Shown here piece after piece: positions 25,430 to 38,479 of a DNA stretch of 64,000 nucleotides. The number at the start of each line of letters is the position of its first letter. Within the stretch, counting starts at the first letter, position 1. The stretch lies in the NCBI RefSeq assembly GCF_003918875.1, contig NW_025767351.1:186001-250000 (forward strand). Direction: 5' to 3'. Made by a program: the position numbers and the translations under genes. Origin of the DNA: Haliotis rubra (taxonomy: Eukaryota). Under the pieces are notes generated by a model. It searched no databases, was not told the DNA's origin, and worked only from the letters and a program-made list of their open reading frames with translations.

Positions 25430-27050
25430 AGTGTTGCCAAGAAGTATGTTAACGCTAAGGTGTTTAATGGCAGTGTTGCCAAGAGTATTAACATTAAAGT
25501 CTTGCCAAGAAGTATGTTAACATTAAAGTGTTGCCAAGAAGTATGTTAACATCAAGGTGTGTACTTGAGGTGTTACAGGAAGTATTTTAACATTAACGTG
25601 TTGCCAAGAAGCATATCAACATTAACGAGTTGCCATGAAGTATATTAACAATAACGTGTTGCCAAGAAGCATATCAACATTAACGTGTTGCAAAGAAGTA
25701 TATTAACAATAACGTGTTGCCAAGAAGTATATCAACAGGAACGTGTTGACAAGAAGTATTTTAACATTAACGTGTTGACAAGAAATATATTAACATAAAC
25801 GTGTTGCCATGAAGTATATTAACAATAACGTGTTGACAAGAAGTATATTAACAATAATGTGTTGCCATGAAGTATATTAACATTAACGTGTTGCCAAGAA
25901 GCATATCAACATTAACGTGTTGCAAAGAAGAATATTAACAATAACGTGTTGCCAAGAAGTATATCAACAAGAACGTGTTGACAAGAAGTATTTTAACATT
26001 AACGTGTTGACAAGAAATATATTAACATAAACGTGTTGCCATGAAGTATATTAACAATAACGTGTTGACAAGAAGTATATTAACAATAATGTGTTGCCAT
26101 GAAGTATATTAACATTAACGTGTTGCCAAGAAGTATATCAACATTAACGAGTTGCCATGAAGTATATTAACAATAACGTGTTGCCAAGAAGTATATCAAC
26201 ATTAACGTGTTGACAAGAAGTATATTTACAATAACGTGCTGACAAGAAGTATATCAACATTAACGTGTTGACAAGAAGTATATTAACAATAACGTGTTGA
26301 CAAGAAGTATATTAACATTAACGTGTTGACAAGAAGTATATCAACATTAACGTGTTGACAAGAAATATATCAACATTAACGTGTTAACAAGAAGTATATC
26401 AACATGAACGTGTTGACAAGAAGTATTTTAACAATAACGTGTTGCCAAGAAGCATATCAACATTAACGAGTTGCCTTGAAGTATATTAACAATGACGTGT
26501 TGCCATGAAGTATATCAACATTAACGTGTTGACAAGAAGTATATTAACAATAACGTGCTGACAAGAAGTATATCAACATTAACGTGTTGACAAGAAGTAT
26601 ATTAACAATAACGTGTTGACAAGAAGTATATCAACAAGAACGTGTTGACAAGAAGTATATTAACATTAACGAGTTGCCAAAAAGTATTTTAACATTAAGG
26701 TGTGTAATGGCCGAGTTGCCAAGAAGTGTATTCTCATTAACCTGTTTGCCAAGAAGTGTATTAACATTCAAGTGTGTAATGGCCGTATTGAGAAGTAGTA
26801 TATTAACATTAAAGTGAGTAATGGCCGTATTGAGAAGTAGTATATTAAGATTAATGTGTGTAATGGCCGTATTGAGAAGTAGTATATTAACATTAAAGTG
26901 TGTACTTGAGGTGTTGCAAGGAGAGTATTAACATTAACGTATTAACATTAAAGTATATCAACTTTAAGATGTGTAATGGCTATATTGAGAAGTAGTATAT
27001 TAATTTAAAATGTGTATTTTAGGTATTGCAAGAAGTATATCAATATTAAC
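25430..27050. repeat. 29-bp minisatellite with degenerate edges
   Basis: Unit aacgtgttgacaagaagtatattaacaat. Confidence 0.95.
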
Positions 27051-28129
27051 TCACCAACATAAAGATAGCAAGTCCTTCCACCCCATCATATAGTATATAT
27101 TACTATCTGATTCATTGACTGTTATCAAATATTGCCATTCCGGTTGTCTCGAACATCAAATCTTGAGGTCTTTCCAGTGCCCCAAAATAGATCGAAGCAA
27201 CGAACATTTATTGTAGTGAATCACAGATTCTGTGGCAGTTCAAACTATCACTGTTGTAAGGAGCTCTATTCATGCAAACCGAGAACCCCTTTCCATCCAT
27301 GATGACTACATATTAAACAATTAACGGCCTTTTGTAGAATGTGAAACATCGTGATCATTCACCCTACAACTGAAACCCTTCATGTTTAAATAAGAATTAT
27401 TCATATGAAATTCCTACGCTAAACATTTTCACTTTGATCGAGCCTTATATAATTATGATTTACATTAAACGGTTTCCGATTACGAATCCCCTACAATGTG
27501 TGATGTTTGATCATATTAAATTGACGCTTGATTAAATAAAATTATGCTGTGCATGAAATGAATAACAACGTTACCGCAAATGGCTCATTATCTGGAGATT
27601 ACCTCGAGGTAGTATGAATATTAGAGCCTTGGCACATTGCAATTACACGTAATACTATTTTAATTATGTTTGCACACAATTGGAAATCAATGTGCTAAAC
27701 ACTTAAATCCTTTCGTTCTTCTGAACTATTTTTGTCATTTTCGAGGAGCTATCCAGGATGCCAACGTGCTTTGATAAAGAATATAGAGCTTGGCAGTATG
27801 GTAATAATCGCCATTAGTGTGTTTTCAGTCGTAAATGTTAGTGCATTGATGCTTGAAAACTATATTGACAAATAGAATTAGTCCGTGTGTTCCACTTCAC
27901 AGCTGCTGATTCATGGACAAAGAACATTACACTTAATGGCATAAATATTGAGAGGAAAGAAGTGACAAAAATATATCTGATGTGAGATACGTTGTAATAA
28001 GGTTCTAATAAAGAATCATAAAATGTAGGTAAATATAGAACGTCACATCCAAAGAAAACCTCTTTGTGTTATCCGACGAAACTGATTTCATGTGGGTGTA
28101 CAGGACAAACTAGCGGTGAAAATTATATT

Positions 28130-28800
28130 CATTTTGTTCTTTACTTAACACGTGTACGGATATGCCTAACTTCACAAATAACGACACTATTTGCAGATGT
28201 ATTATTTTCTTTATTTAACATGTGTACGGGTATGCCTAACTTCACAAATAACGACACTATTTGCAGATGTATTATTTTCTTTACTTAACATGTGTACGGG
28301 TTTGCCTAACTTCACAAATAACGACACTATTTGCAGATGTATTATTTTCTTTACTTAACATGTGTACGGGTATGCCTAACTTCACAAATACCTACACTAT
28401 TTGCAGATTATTATTTTTTTTACTTAACATGTGTACGGGTATGCCTAACTTCACAAATAGCTACTTTATTTGCAGATGTATTATTTTCTTTACTTAACAT
28501 GTGTACGGATATGCCTAACTTCACAAATAACGACACTATTTGCAGATGTATTATTTTCTTTACTTAACATGTGTACGGGTTTGCCTAACTTCACAAATAA
28601 CGACACTATTTGCAGATACAGATATTATTGTCTTTATAACACATGTGTATGAGCAAGCCCAACTTCAGACAAAACTACACTATTTACAGATGTATTATTA
28701 TGTTTAACACACGTGTACAAATATGCCTAAATTCACAAATACTAGTGACTACACTATTTGCAGATGCATTATTTTCTTTATTACACATGTGTATGAGAAT
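28130..28800. repeat. 70-bp tandem repeat, ~7 good and 2 diverged copies
   Basis: Period 70 (28141, 28211, 28281, 28351). Confidence 0.95.
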
Positions 28801-29000
28801 GCCAAATTTTACTCAAAACTATGCTATTTGCAAAAGAATTGTCTCCTTTATCAAAAGGTGTAAGGATATACCTAATTTACTAATATCTATGCTATGTTAC
28901 ATGTAAGTGCTGATGTGTCTCACTTTACTTACTGCTGCACTATATGAAAAAGTATTATCTTCTTCATTACATATATGTGTGGGTTTTCGTAACATTACTT

Positions 29001-29289
29001 GTAGTACATACGTCTTATCCTCTATATACAGATAAGTAAAATACCTGATAAGTAAACAATTTTGGCGAGTCCCTTGAAATTTTACTTATCAGGTTTCCAC
29101 TGTACTACATTCAGTCAAACATGGTTATGACGAAGTTGAAGGAACCTGCGTAAATACTTCGAGTTATCCGAGGTTTAATACTAACAAACATGGTAAATAA
29201 GTAAGGAATACGCATAAAAATCTGCTTTTACTTCGACACAACCGTGTGTTCGACACATCAGAAATTCGATACAACAATGTTGGACAGTA
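29001..29289. mobile_element. Two adjacent degraded pogo/Tigger-like MITEs
   Basis: End caggtttccactgta; pair cagtcaaacatggttatgacgaa / ttcgatacaacaatgttggacagta. Confidence 0.5.
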
Positions 29290-29308
29290 CATTAACATCT
29301 CCCCTCAG

Positions 29309-29409
29309 CTACGTGTGACCGGACTACAGCCAGATGTTCACGGAGCTGAAGCTGGCTGTGTTGTCGAAGTTCCCGACAGCTGACGTCTCCGGGACCTACT
29401 CCGTTAAAG
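29309..29409 (+). CDS. MIEN1: Selenoprotein exon 2: (C)YVUPDYSQMFTELKLAVLSKFPTADVSGTYSVK; in-frame TGA (Sec) at 29316-29318
   Basis: ctcccctcag| acceptor, aag|gtaact donor, phase 2 to phase 1; CxxU motif followed by the Rdx helix and FP motif. Confidence 0.88.
29326..29359 (+). promoter_or_regulatory. Candidate Sec-redefinition (SRE-like) stem-loop 7 nt after the UGA
   Basis: ACAGCCAG pairs perfectly with CTGGCTGT; inner TTCA/TGAA. Confidence 0.5.
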
Positions 29410-29471
29410 GTAACTCACAAACTTCCTTCCTCGTTGTGCACAACACATTGATTAAGATTTCATTAGACATG

Positions 29472-29641
29472 AGTGAGTGAATGAGTGAATTTAGTTTTAC
29501 ACCGCTTTTAGCAATATTCCAGCATGATTAATGCGGGGGACACCACAAATGGACTTCAAACAGTGTACCAATGAGGGAACTCGAACCCGGGTCTTCGGCG
29601 TGACGAGCGAACGCTTTAACCACTAGGCTACCCCACCGCCC
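29472..29641 (-). mobile_element. SINE family 1 (TSD tagacatga)
   Basis: Family body, TSD. Confidence 0.9.
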
Positions 29642-31239
29642 ACTAGACATGAATATAATACATGTCACGACTAGATAAACTTAGAAGCAAGAGAAGATGT
29701 GTCAGCTGGTAGGTTAGCTATGCTATGATGTGTTGGTCATTCATTCATTCATTCATTCATTCCAGATGCTACATTATACATAAATGCAATAATGGATTGG
29801 GATGTCTGACTCGGTTTCATAGCGTGTCATGATAGCTCGGCGCCGCTTATAATGAGCGGTTTCCTTGTCCAAACTCGATTATTTACAGGCTGTTGTCGTA
29901 TATTTGGTTGAGTTCGGTGTTGGTTCTGTACCTTGTTAGCGCCATACCGTGCAGACAGATTGGTGCCAGTTAGGGATTTCTCCTTAAATGTTTAGTCTCA
30001 ATTATTCCGTCTTCAAACAGAGAAATCTTATTCTCTCCAAGCAATTCTCTGTTATTAATGCAATGCATAGTCAAGTTTACTCTAATTGTAATTTTCTTAT
30101 CAAGTTTGGCTTTCAAAGACATTTGTTTTAAATCCATTCCTGTTCCATAAACCCAAACCTCCTTCATTCTCAACCCTCCGCTTTTTCCTGCTGTTGAACA
30201 CAATTATTTGAGGATTGGAGAGACAACACATGAATATACTTGAATATTACATAGCTTTTCATAAATCGCCAGACCATGTACAATGAAGAACAAGGCAGGT
30301 GTTTTTGTTTTCTAAAAATCGTTATTCTATCATAAGCTCGCAACTTGATGACCTCGTAAATTGGACCACGCTGTAATCAGTTCTTCCCCATAGATGTCAA
30401 TGGAGATAAATGCTATGTTCCAACGATCTTCCAAACGTGAGTGATAAACAGCCATCGGCAATGGGAGAAAGTACACAAGTAATGGCCGTCAATGGTTTGA
30501 ATTTCTGAGAAAATTCAGAAAATATCAAACTTAACCCCCTGGTCATAAAATGGGCTCGTCTCACATTGCCGAGCTCGGAGCGTCTTCATGCTGTCATCAT
30601 TATCTAAATACGGGTAAATGCTTTTAAAGTTTGTAAATGTTATTCATATACTTTAGGCGGCGGTACATAATTTTGATATCTCGTAGAAGAAATAAACGAC
30701 TCGTGGTCCTTAGTTTTTGAAAACACGGTAGGGAGAATGTAAAGGAACTATGTGGACGGTCTTTTATAAACTAGTCATCAGGTTCCCAGCAAAATATATG
30801 GATTATTGATAACCCGCGGTGGTACCAATGACCTTATATCGTTATATGCATATTTAATGCTTACCTTGTCACAGACAAAAAAGGACAAACGGATATTGAA
30901 CATGTATTACATCTTTTCGGAGAGGTCCTTTAGTTCCTGGGATTGGTTTGTAAGTGCAAGATACTATACAATACTGCTCGGTCGAATTTAAAGATTTAGT
31001 GTATGACTATGATTAATCGGTCACGGCTGGCGGGTTAAGCAAAACACAGGCATCCAATTGTGTGAGTTCTTTAAATAACACGTCACAATTTAATTCTGGA
31101 CTCACAAAAGTCCAGAAACTCTCCGCACTGTGGGCACTTTCTGACAAGGGATTTGACCAAATTAAACATGCAGTTGTTATGAATATATGCCAAGGATGAA
31201 AAAATGAAAAAGATTTTTTTCGAAAACTTTAAATTTAAA

Positions 31240-34200
31240 CTCGCTCGCCCATGGACCGGCCCATGGGCGAACAGTGGCCCATGGGCGAGAATGTTTAATT
31301 TCGACCAGAATTCATGTTTTGGAGGTTGTAAATGAATGAGTGTATGTTTGTAAGCATCATGACACAAATTTCAACTCATTTTGACTTCATTCGTCTAATT
31401 TAGACCGATATTAAAAACTTTTACTCAAAATATATGTTTTTCCATGTTTTGGAGGTTGTAAATGAATGAGTGTATGTTTATAAGTATCATGAAACAAAAT
31501 TCAACTCACATTGACTTAATTCGACTAATTTAGAGCGATATTAAAAACATCTCGCCCATGGGCGAAAAACATTTTGGCCCATGGGCGAGAATATTGACTT
31601 TTACTCATAATACATGATTTTCCATGTTTTGGAAGTTGTAAATGAATGAGTGTATGTTTATAAGTATCATGAAACAAAAATTCAACTCACATATTGACTG
31701 AATTCGACTAATTTAGAGCGATATTAAAAATCTCGCCCATGGGCGAAAAACATTTTGGCCCATGGGCGAGAATATTTACTTTTACTCAAAATATATGTTT
31801 TTCCATGTTTTGGAGGTTGTAAATGAATGAGTGTATGTTTATAAGTATCATGAAACAAAATTCAACTCACATTGACTTAATTCGACTAACTTAGAGCGAT
31901 ATTAAAAAATCTCGCCCATGGGCGAAAGATAGGTTAGCCCATGGGCGAGAATATTTACTTTTACTCAAAATACATGATTTTCCATGTTTTGGAGGTTGTA
32001 AATGAATAAGTGTATGTTTATAAGTATCATGAAACAAAATTCAACTCACATTGACTGAATTCGATTAACTTAGAGCGATATTAAAAAATCTCGCCCATGG
32101 GCGAAAAACATTTTGGCCCATGGGCGAGAATAATGACTTTTACTCAAAGTATGTGTTTTTCATGTTTTGGAGGTTGTAAATGAATGAGTGTATGTTTATA
32201 AGTATCATGAAACAAAAATTCAACTCATATTGACTGAATTCGACTAATTTAGAGCGATATTAAAAAATCTCGCCCATGGGCGAAAAACATTTTGGCCCAT
32301 GGGCGAGAATATTGACTTTTACTCAAAATATATGTTTTTCCATGTTTTGGAGGTTGTAAATGAATGAGTGTATGTTTATAAGTATCATGAAACAAAATTC
32401 AACTCACATTGACTTAATTCGACTAACTTAGAGCGATATTAAAAAATCTCGCCCATGGGCGAAAGATAGGTTAGCCCATGGGCGAGAATATTTACTTTTA
32501 CTCAAAATACATGATTTTCCATGTTTTGGAAGTTGTAAATGAATGAGTGTATGTTTATAAGTATCATGAAATAAAATTCAACTCATATTGACTTAATTCG
32601 ACTAATTTAGACCGATATTAAAATCTCGCCCATGGGCGAAAAACATTTTGGCCCATGGGCGAGAATATTTACTTTTACTCAAAATATATGTTTTCCATGT
32701 TTTGGAGGCTGTAAATGAATGAGTGTATGTTTATAAGTATCATGAAACAAAATTCAACTCACATTGACTTAATTCGACTAACTTAGAGCGATATTAAAAA
32801 AATCTCGCCCATGGGCGAAAGATAGGTTGGCCCATGGGCGAGAATATTTACTTTTACTCAAAATACATGATTTTCCATGTTTTGGAGGTTGTAAATGAAT
32901 GAGTGTATGTTTATAAGTATCATGAAACAAAATTCAACTCACATTGACTGAATTCGACTAACTTAGAGCGATATTAAAAAATCTCGCCCATGGGCGAAAA
33001 ACATTTTGGCCCATGGGCGAGAATATTTACTTTTACTCAAAGTATGTGTTTTCATGTTTTGGAGGTTGTAAATGAATAAGTGTATGTTTATAAGTATCAT
33101 GAAACAAAATTCAACTCATATTGACTGAATTCGACTAATTTAGAGCGATATTAAAACATCGCCCATGGGCGAAAAAATTTTGGCCCATGGGCGAGAATAT
33201 TGACTTTTACTCATAATACATGATTTTCCATGTTTTGGAAGTTGTAAATGAATGAGTGTATGTTTATAAGCATCATGAAACAAAATTCAACTCATATTGA
33301 CTTAATTCGACTAATTTAGAGCGATATTAAAAATCTCGCCCATGGGCGAAAAACATTTTGGCCCATGGGCGAGAATATTTACTTTTACTCAAAATATATG
33401 TTTTCCATGTTTTGGAGGTTGTAAAAAAAATGAATGAGTGTATGTTTATAAGTATCATGAAACAAAATTCAACTCACATTGACTTAATTCTGACTAACTT
33501 AGAGCGATATTAAAATCTCGCCCATGGGCGAAAGATACAGTTGGCCCATGGGCGAGAATATTGACTTACTTTTACTTGAAACACATGATTTTCCATGTTT
33601 TGGAGGTTGTAAATGAATGAGTGTATGTTTATAAGTATCATGAAACAAAATTCAACTCACATTTGACTTCATTCGACTAATTTTAGAGCGATATTAAAAA
33701 ATCTCGCCCATGGGCGAAAAAACATTTTGGCCCATGGGCGAGAATATTTACTTTTACTCAAAATATATGTTTTTCCATGTTTTGGAGGTTGTAAATGAAT
33801 GAGTGTATGTTTATAAGTATCATGAAACAAAATTCAACTCACATTGACTTAATTCGACTAACTTAGAGCGATATTTAAAATCTCGCCCATGGGCGAAAAG
33901 ATAGGTTGGCCCATGGGCGAGAAATATTTACTTTACTCAAAAATACATGATTTTCCATGTTTTGGAGGTTGTAAATGAATGAGTGTATGTTTATAAGTAT
34001 CATGAAACAAAATTCAACTCACATTGACTTAATTCGACTAATTTAGAGCGATATTAAAAATCTCGCCCATGGGCGAAAAACATTTTGGCCCATGGGCGAG
34101 AATATTGACTTTACTCAAAATATATGTTTTTCCATGTTTTGGAGGTTGTAAATGAATGAGTGTATGTTTATAAGTATCATGAAACAAAATTCAACTCACA

Positions 34201-35050
34201 TTGACTTAATTCGACTAACTTAGAGCGATATTAAAAAATCTCGCCCATGGGCGAAAAACATTTTGGCCCATGGGCGAGAATAATGACTTTTACTCAAAGT
34301 ATGTGTTTTTCATGTTTTGGAGGTTGTAAATGAATAAGTGTATGTTTATAAGTATCATGAAACAAAATTCAACTCATATTGACTGAATTCGACTAATTTA
34401 GAGCGATATTAAAAAAATCTCGCCCATGGGCGAAAAACATTTTGGCCCATGGGCGAGAATATTGACTTTTACTCATAATACATGATTTTCCATGTTTTGG
34501 AAGTTGTAAATGAATGAGTGTATGTTTATAAGTATCATGAAATAAAATTCAACTCATATTGACTGAATTCGACTAATTTAGACCGATATTAAAAAATCTC
34601 GCCCATGGGCGAAAAACATTTTGGCCCATGGGCGAGAATATTTACTTTTACTCAAAATATATGTTTTTCCATGTTTTGGAGGTTGTAAATGAATGAGTGT
34701 ATGTTTATAAGTATCATGAAACAAAATTCAACTCACATTGACTTAATTCGACTAACTTTAGAGCGATATTAAAAAATCTCGCCCATGGGCGAAAGATATA
34801 GATTGGCCCATGGGCGAGAATATTTACTTTTACTCAAAAATACATGATTTTCCATGTTTTGGAGGTTGTAAATGAATGAGTGTATGTTTATAAGTATCAT
34901 GAAACAAAATTCAACTCACATTGACTTAATTCGACTAACTTAGAGCGATATTAAAAAATCTCGCCCATGGGCGAAAAACATTTTGGCCCATGGGTGAGAA
35001 TAATGACTTTTACTCAAAATACATGATTTTACTCAAAATACATGATTTTT
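31240..35050. repeat. ~180-bp satellite, ~21 monomers, each with paired gcccatgggc palindromes
   Basis: Seen directly. Confidence 0.97.
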
Positions 35051-35454
35051 CATGTCGGTGTTATTGGCCACAGCCAGAAGCCGACGTTAAACTCATAATC
35101 ATCATCATATGTAGTCACTAGGCACTTAAAACATTAGAAGTAATGCCATGAAATGTGTCTCGTCAATGGTATGCGTGTACGAACAGATAATATCAAAACA
35201 TACACGTCAGAACAGTCAAAATTAAGAAATTGTTGAATATGAAATATTGTTAATTTAATTGTTTTGAGTGATATATATGGAACATAAGCGTGGCAAATCA
35301 CAGGTTATCACATACAGGAAAACTACCTTTATGATGAATTCTTCTTGAAACGAACTGACTGATTTTAGGAACTGTTGGTTTTCGACATTTTTTTGTCCAG
35401 CAGAAGTAGTGTAGATTTTGGTAGAAATGCACATAACGAGATTCTCCAACGTCT

Positions 35455-36150
35455 TTTTTTGTACGCTTCGGAAATATGGGGTTTTCGGAAATGGCATGTT
35501 ATTGAACAGTTTCAAATCAGATTTTGTAAGTATGTGTTGGGCGTAAGTTATACATGCTCTAACGCTGCTGTATTGGCGGAATGTGGTAGAAATTATATTT
35601 ATGTTGATAGTTTATTACGTGTTATGAAGTATTGGTTCAAACTTTTACGCTTACCAAAGGATAGAAACCCAAAGCAGTGCTATATTATGTTGCACAATTT
35701 AGACAAAGTTGGTAGGAAAACGTGGGTATATTTTGTCCGAAATACTTTGTTCAATTATGGTTTTGGTTTTGTGTGGGAAGCTCAAGGAGTTGGCAACGAG
35801 GAACAATTTTTGAAAGATTTTCATGTAAGAGTTGGTGATTGTCAGAAGCAATTCATATTTTCAGAAATGCACAAATGTTCATCACTTGATGTCTATTCCA
35901 GTATCAAAAGTGTATTTTGCATTGAGCCATATTTAACTTTATTGAAATCTAAAAATGCGAGGCGTCGAATAACAATGTTACGAATCGGTGCACTTCAATA
36001 TATAAAAATACCGGCAGATTTGATGGCGTTCCGAGGCACCAAAGACTATGTAATATTTGTAATGATAATTTTGTAGAAAATGAATTTCATTTCCTATTTG
36101 AATGTAAAAGTTTATCATGATTTGCGCTATAAGTATTTTAAAGCATTACC
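35455..36150 (+). mobile_element. RTEX-like LINE ORF2 3' fragment
   Basis: LYASEIWGF..IEQFQIRFCKYVLGV..SNAAVLAECGR..MKYWFKLL; ENEFHFLFEC; absent from the paralogous site ~39695. Confidence 0.8.
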
Positions 36151-37129
36151 AAATTACCTGGACATTTAATTGAATCATCCATCCAACCTTTTTGTACCCA
36201 GGATGTTTAACTGTATCGAATTCGTCACAGATCATCTCCCGATACATCGTCTGCTGCAACGTTGATCCTTGTTCAGTTATCGATTCCTTCTTGAACGCCA
36301 AATACCACACAACGCACCGTTGGTGGGTCGAAGGTTCAGTGCCATCAACACAAAGGAGTGTTTATAACCAAACCATCCCAGTCCCGACACATTCAATCCA
36401 ATGACACCATTTATTCCATTTTGAACAATTGCTTTTAGTACTTGCAAATCAATACGTTATTTGGTGGTCACTGGTCATGCAATAAAACTGATTACAGGAG
36501 ATAACGGTGTTTACCGAGCAGTTGTCTGTAGGCAGGACTGGCAGTCCGGACACTGCAATAACATTAGCAATGTTCCGTGCATTATCTTTGAGGCAGAAAC
36601 ATTACACTTAATCTACTCGAACGGCGTCTCTCTAGGACCGTAATGCGGTTCCAGCGACAATGTTGGGATTGTTTTAGCGATGTGTTGTTGCATCTATGTT
36701 TGTTAACAAAACAGTTTGTTAGGAAAACACGTAGACTAATGCATTTGCACTGTTGATGATGGTAAACATGGCCGTATATGATGGCATCTGTTGACATATA
36801 TCTTGTTATTCTCTCGAGGATCGGGGACAAGGTACGCATAATGGAGAAAAAACTGAGTGCATTGTACGTTGTGCAATCTGTCCAGGGTTGGTTATATTGG
36901 TTCTCGGGGAACGGTGAAACACTGGTTTGTTGTATTTGTTGCGAGTTTGATCCTTCAACAATCGGCACTCGTGGGTGTCACAGACTTGTAAACGTCAAAG
37001 ACATTGTTAACATAGTCATGTTTGCCTATCCTCAGACGTTAAACGCAGTACACCCACTCCTTATCCTGTGTGCTTGTGCAACTGAAAATATAAATTTGTT
37101 CTTTGGAATTTTTTAAAGTTTTGATTTGC

Positions 37130-37340
37130 CTGTTGTTTTAACGGCACACACTACAAAAGTATAGCTAATATGACTGCGGTCTGTAGTTAATCGAGTCTGG
37201 ACAAGGTAATCTAGAGATTGACATCATGAGCATCGATCTACGCGTTAGGGATATGATGACATGCATCAACCAATCCCCTTAGTCGAATCTTACGACAATC
37301 ACGGGTTACTGAAGACCATTTCTAACCTGGATCTGTACGG
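37130..37340 (-). mobile_element. Family 2 copy (in duplicated block 1)
   Basis: Reverse complement of the family head and body. Confidence 0.75.
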
Positions 37341-38104
37341 CTATTGATAACTTTTGAACATGTAATGATAAATTTCTCACATGTGTCAAAAGTCCGTGTG
37401 CGCCACAATTACCGATTGTTGAAAGGCATACAAACCCTAACCCTCTATGTAACCTGTTGCCCTGCATCGTACTACTGCTTAAACATTTCTGAAATTAAAA
37501 GCATAATCACCTCTTCGATGAGTCTTTTTATCAGTGGGTATTGGTTAACCTCTCCAAATATCCCGTGCAATTACATGAACTTGTATCGACTCATTTCCAT
37601 CATGCAGCATAATTCTGACCATGCGTCGATACGTCCTAACTCTCTAACATTAGACAACTTTACTGTCTCTGAGGATAGTTGAGACTGGGTATTTTGCATT
37701 GGCCTCTATATTTAATTAAAAGCGAAAACGACAAAACCGTAAGAAATTTCTGCAAAAGTCCATTTTGCGATTCCGACTTCATTGTAATCATTATCAAATA
37801 CTAGTAGTGATGATATAAGCTGTTCGCGAAGAGGTAAGCGTATCCTGCCTCACCGGTGACAACCCTTATGAATGCATGCAAAGACAAGTCAAGTAGGCAA
37901 TGATCAAACACCGGAACGTAAGGTAGAAGTAAAACAAGAACATTGCATCAGAACTCATTCGGAAATGTGCCCCATATGGCTACCATAAAACCTTTGGAAA
38001 GCTCTTCTAAAGGTTTGAATGTTGTAACCCAGGCGAGGAAACGCTTCAGCAATAGTCGTATGACGCAATATGAAGTTTTGGTAGAAAGAGCATGCTCGAA
38101 TGTA

Positions 38105-38479
38105 CAGCTTGTTCAGCTTGACCTGATCAAGTGAATACTAATGCATTGCGTGACCGTGTCACAACTGGTTGGGTCTATTAGTGTGAAGGGGTGCACCTTT
38201 GTCAGTCGATTGTCAACATGTCCGAACAGCCGAGACAAGGTAGCCGTTTGATATCTCAGTGTCGAGAAATAGTCAGCAATGTCCTAACTTTCTTTAAACT
38301 TGAAAAAGAAGCTACATATGGTTTAATGTTTCCGATTCGGGCTTTTAGGCAGCGAGCAGCAATATTAATAACATTCTCTGCTCCCCTATTTAATGAAGTT
38401 AACTCGACCTGCCGTTTGTGCCATTTGACCTCCCGGGTCATGCATATGTAGAGTAGCTCGGGTCAAGCTGAACAAGCTG
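38105..38479 (+). mobile_element. Internally deleted IS630-Tc1-mariner element
   Basis: 19-bp TIR cagcttgttcagcttgacc after TA; ORF remnant GSRLISQCREIVSNVLTFFKLEKE resembles ITm transposase N-termini. Confidence 0.65.

Noticed and set aside
31240-35050. CRISPR-like appearance of regularly spaced palindromes
   Set aside because: The intervening sequences are repeated rather than unique; eukaryotic satellite with no cas genes
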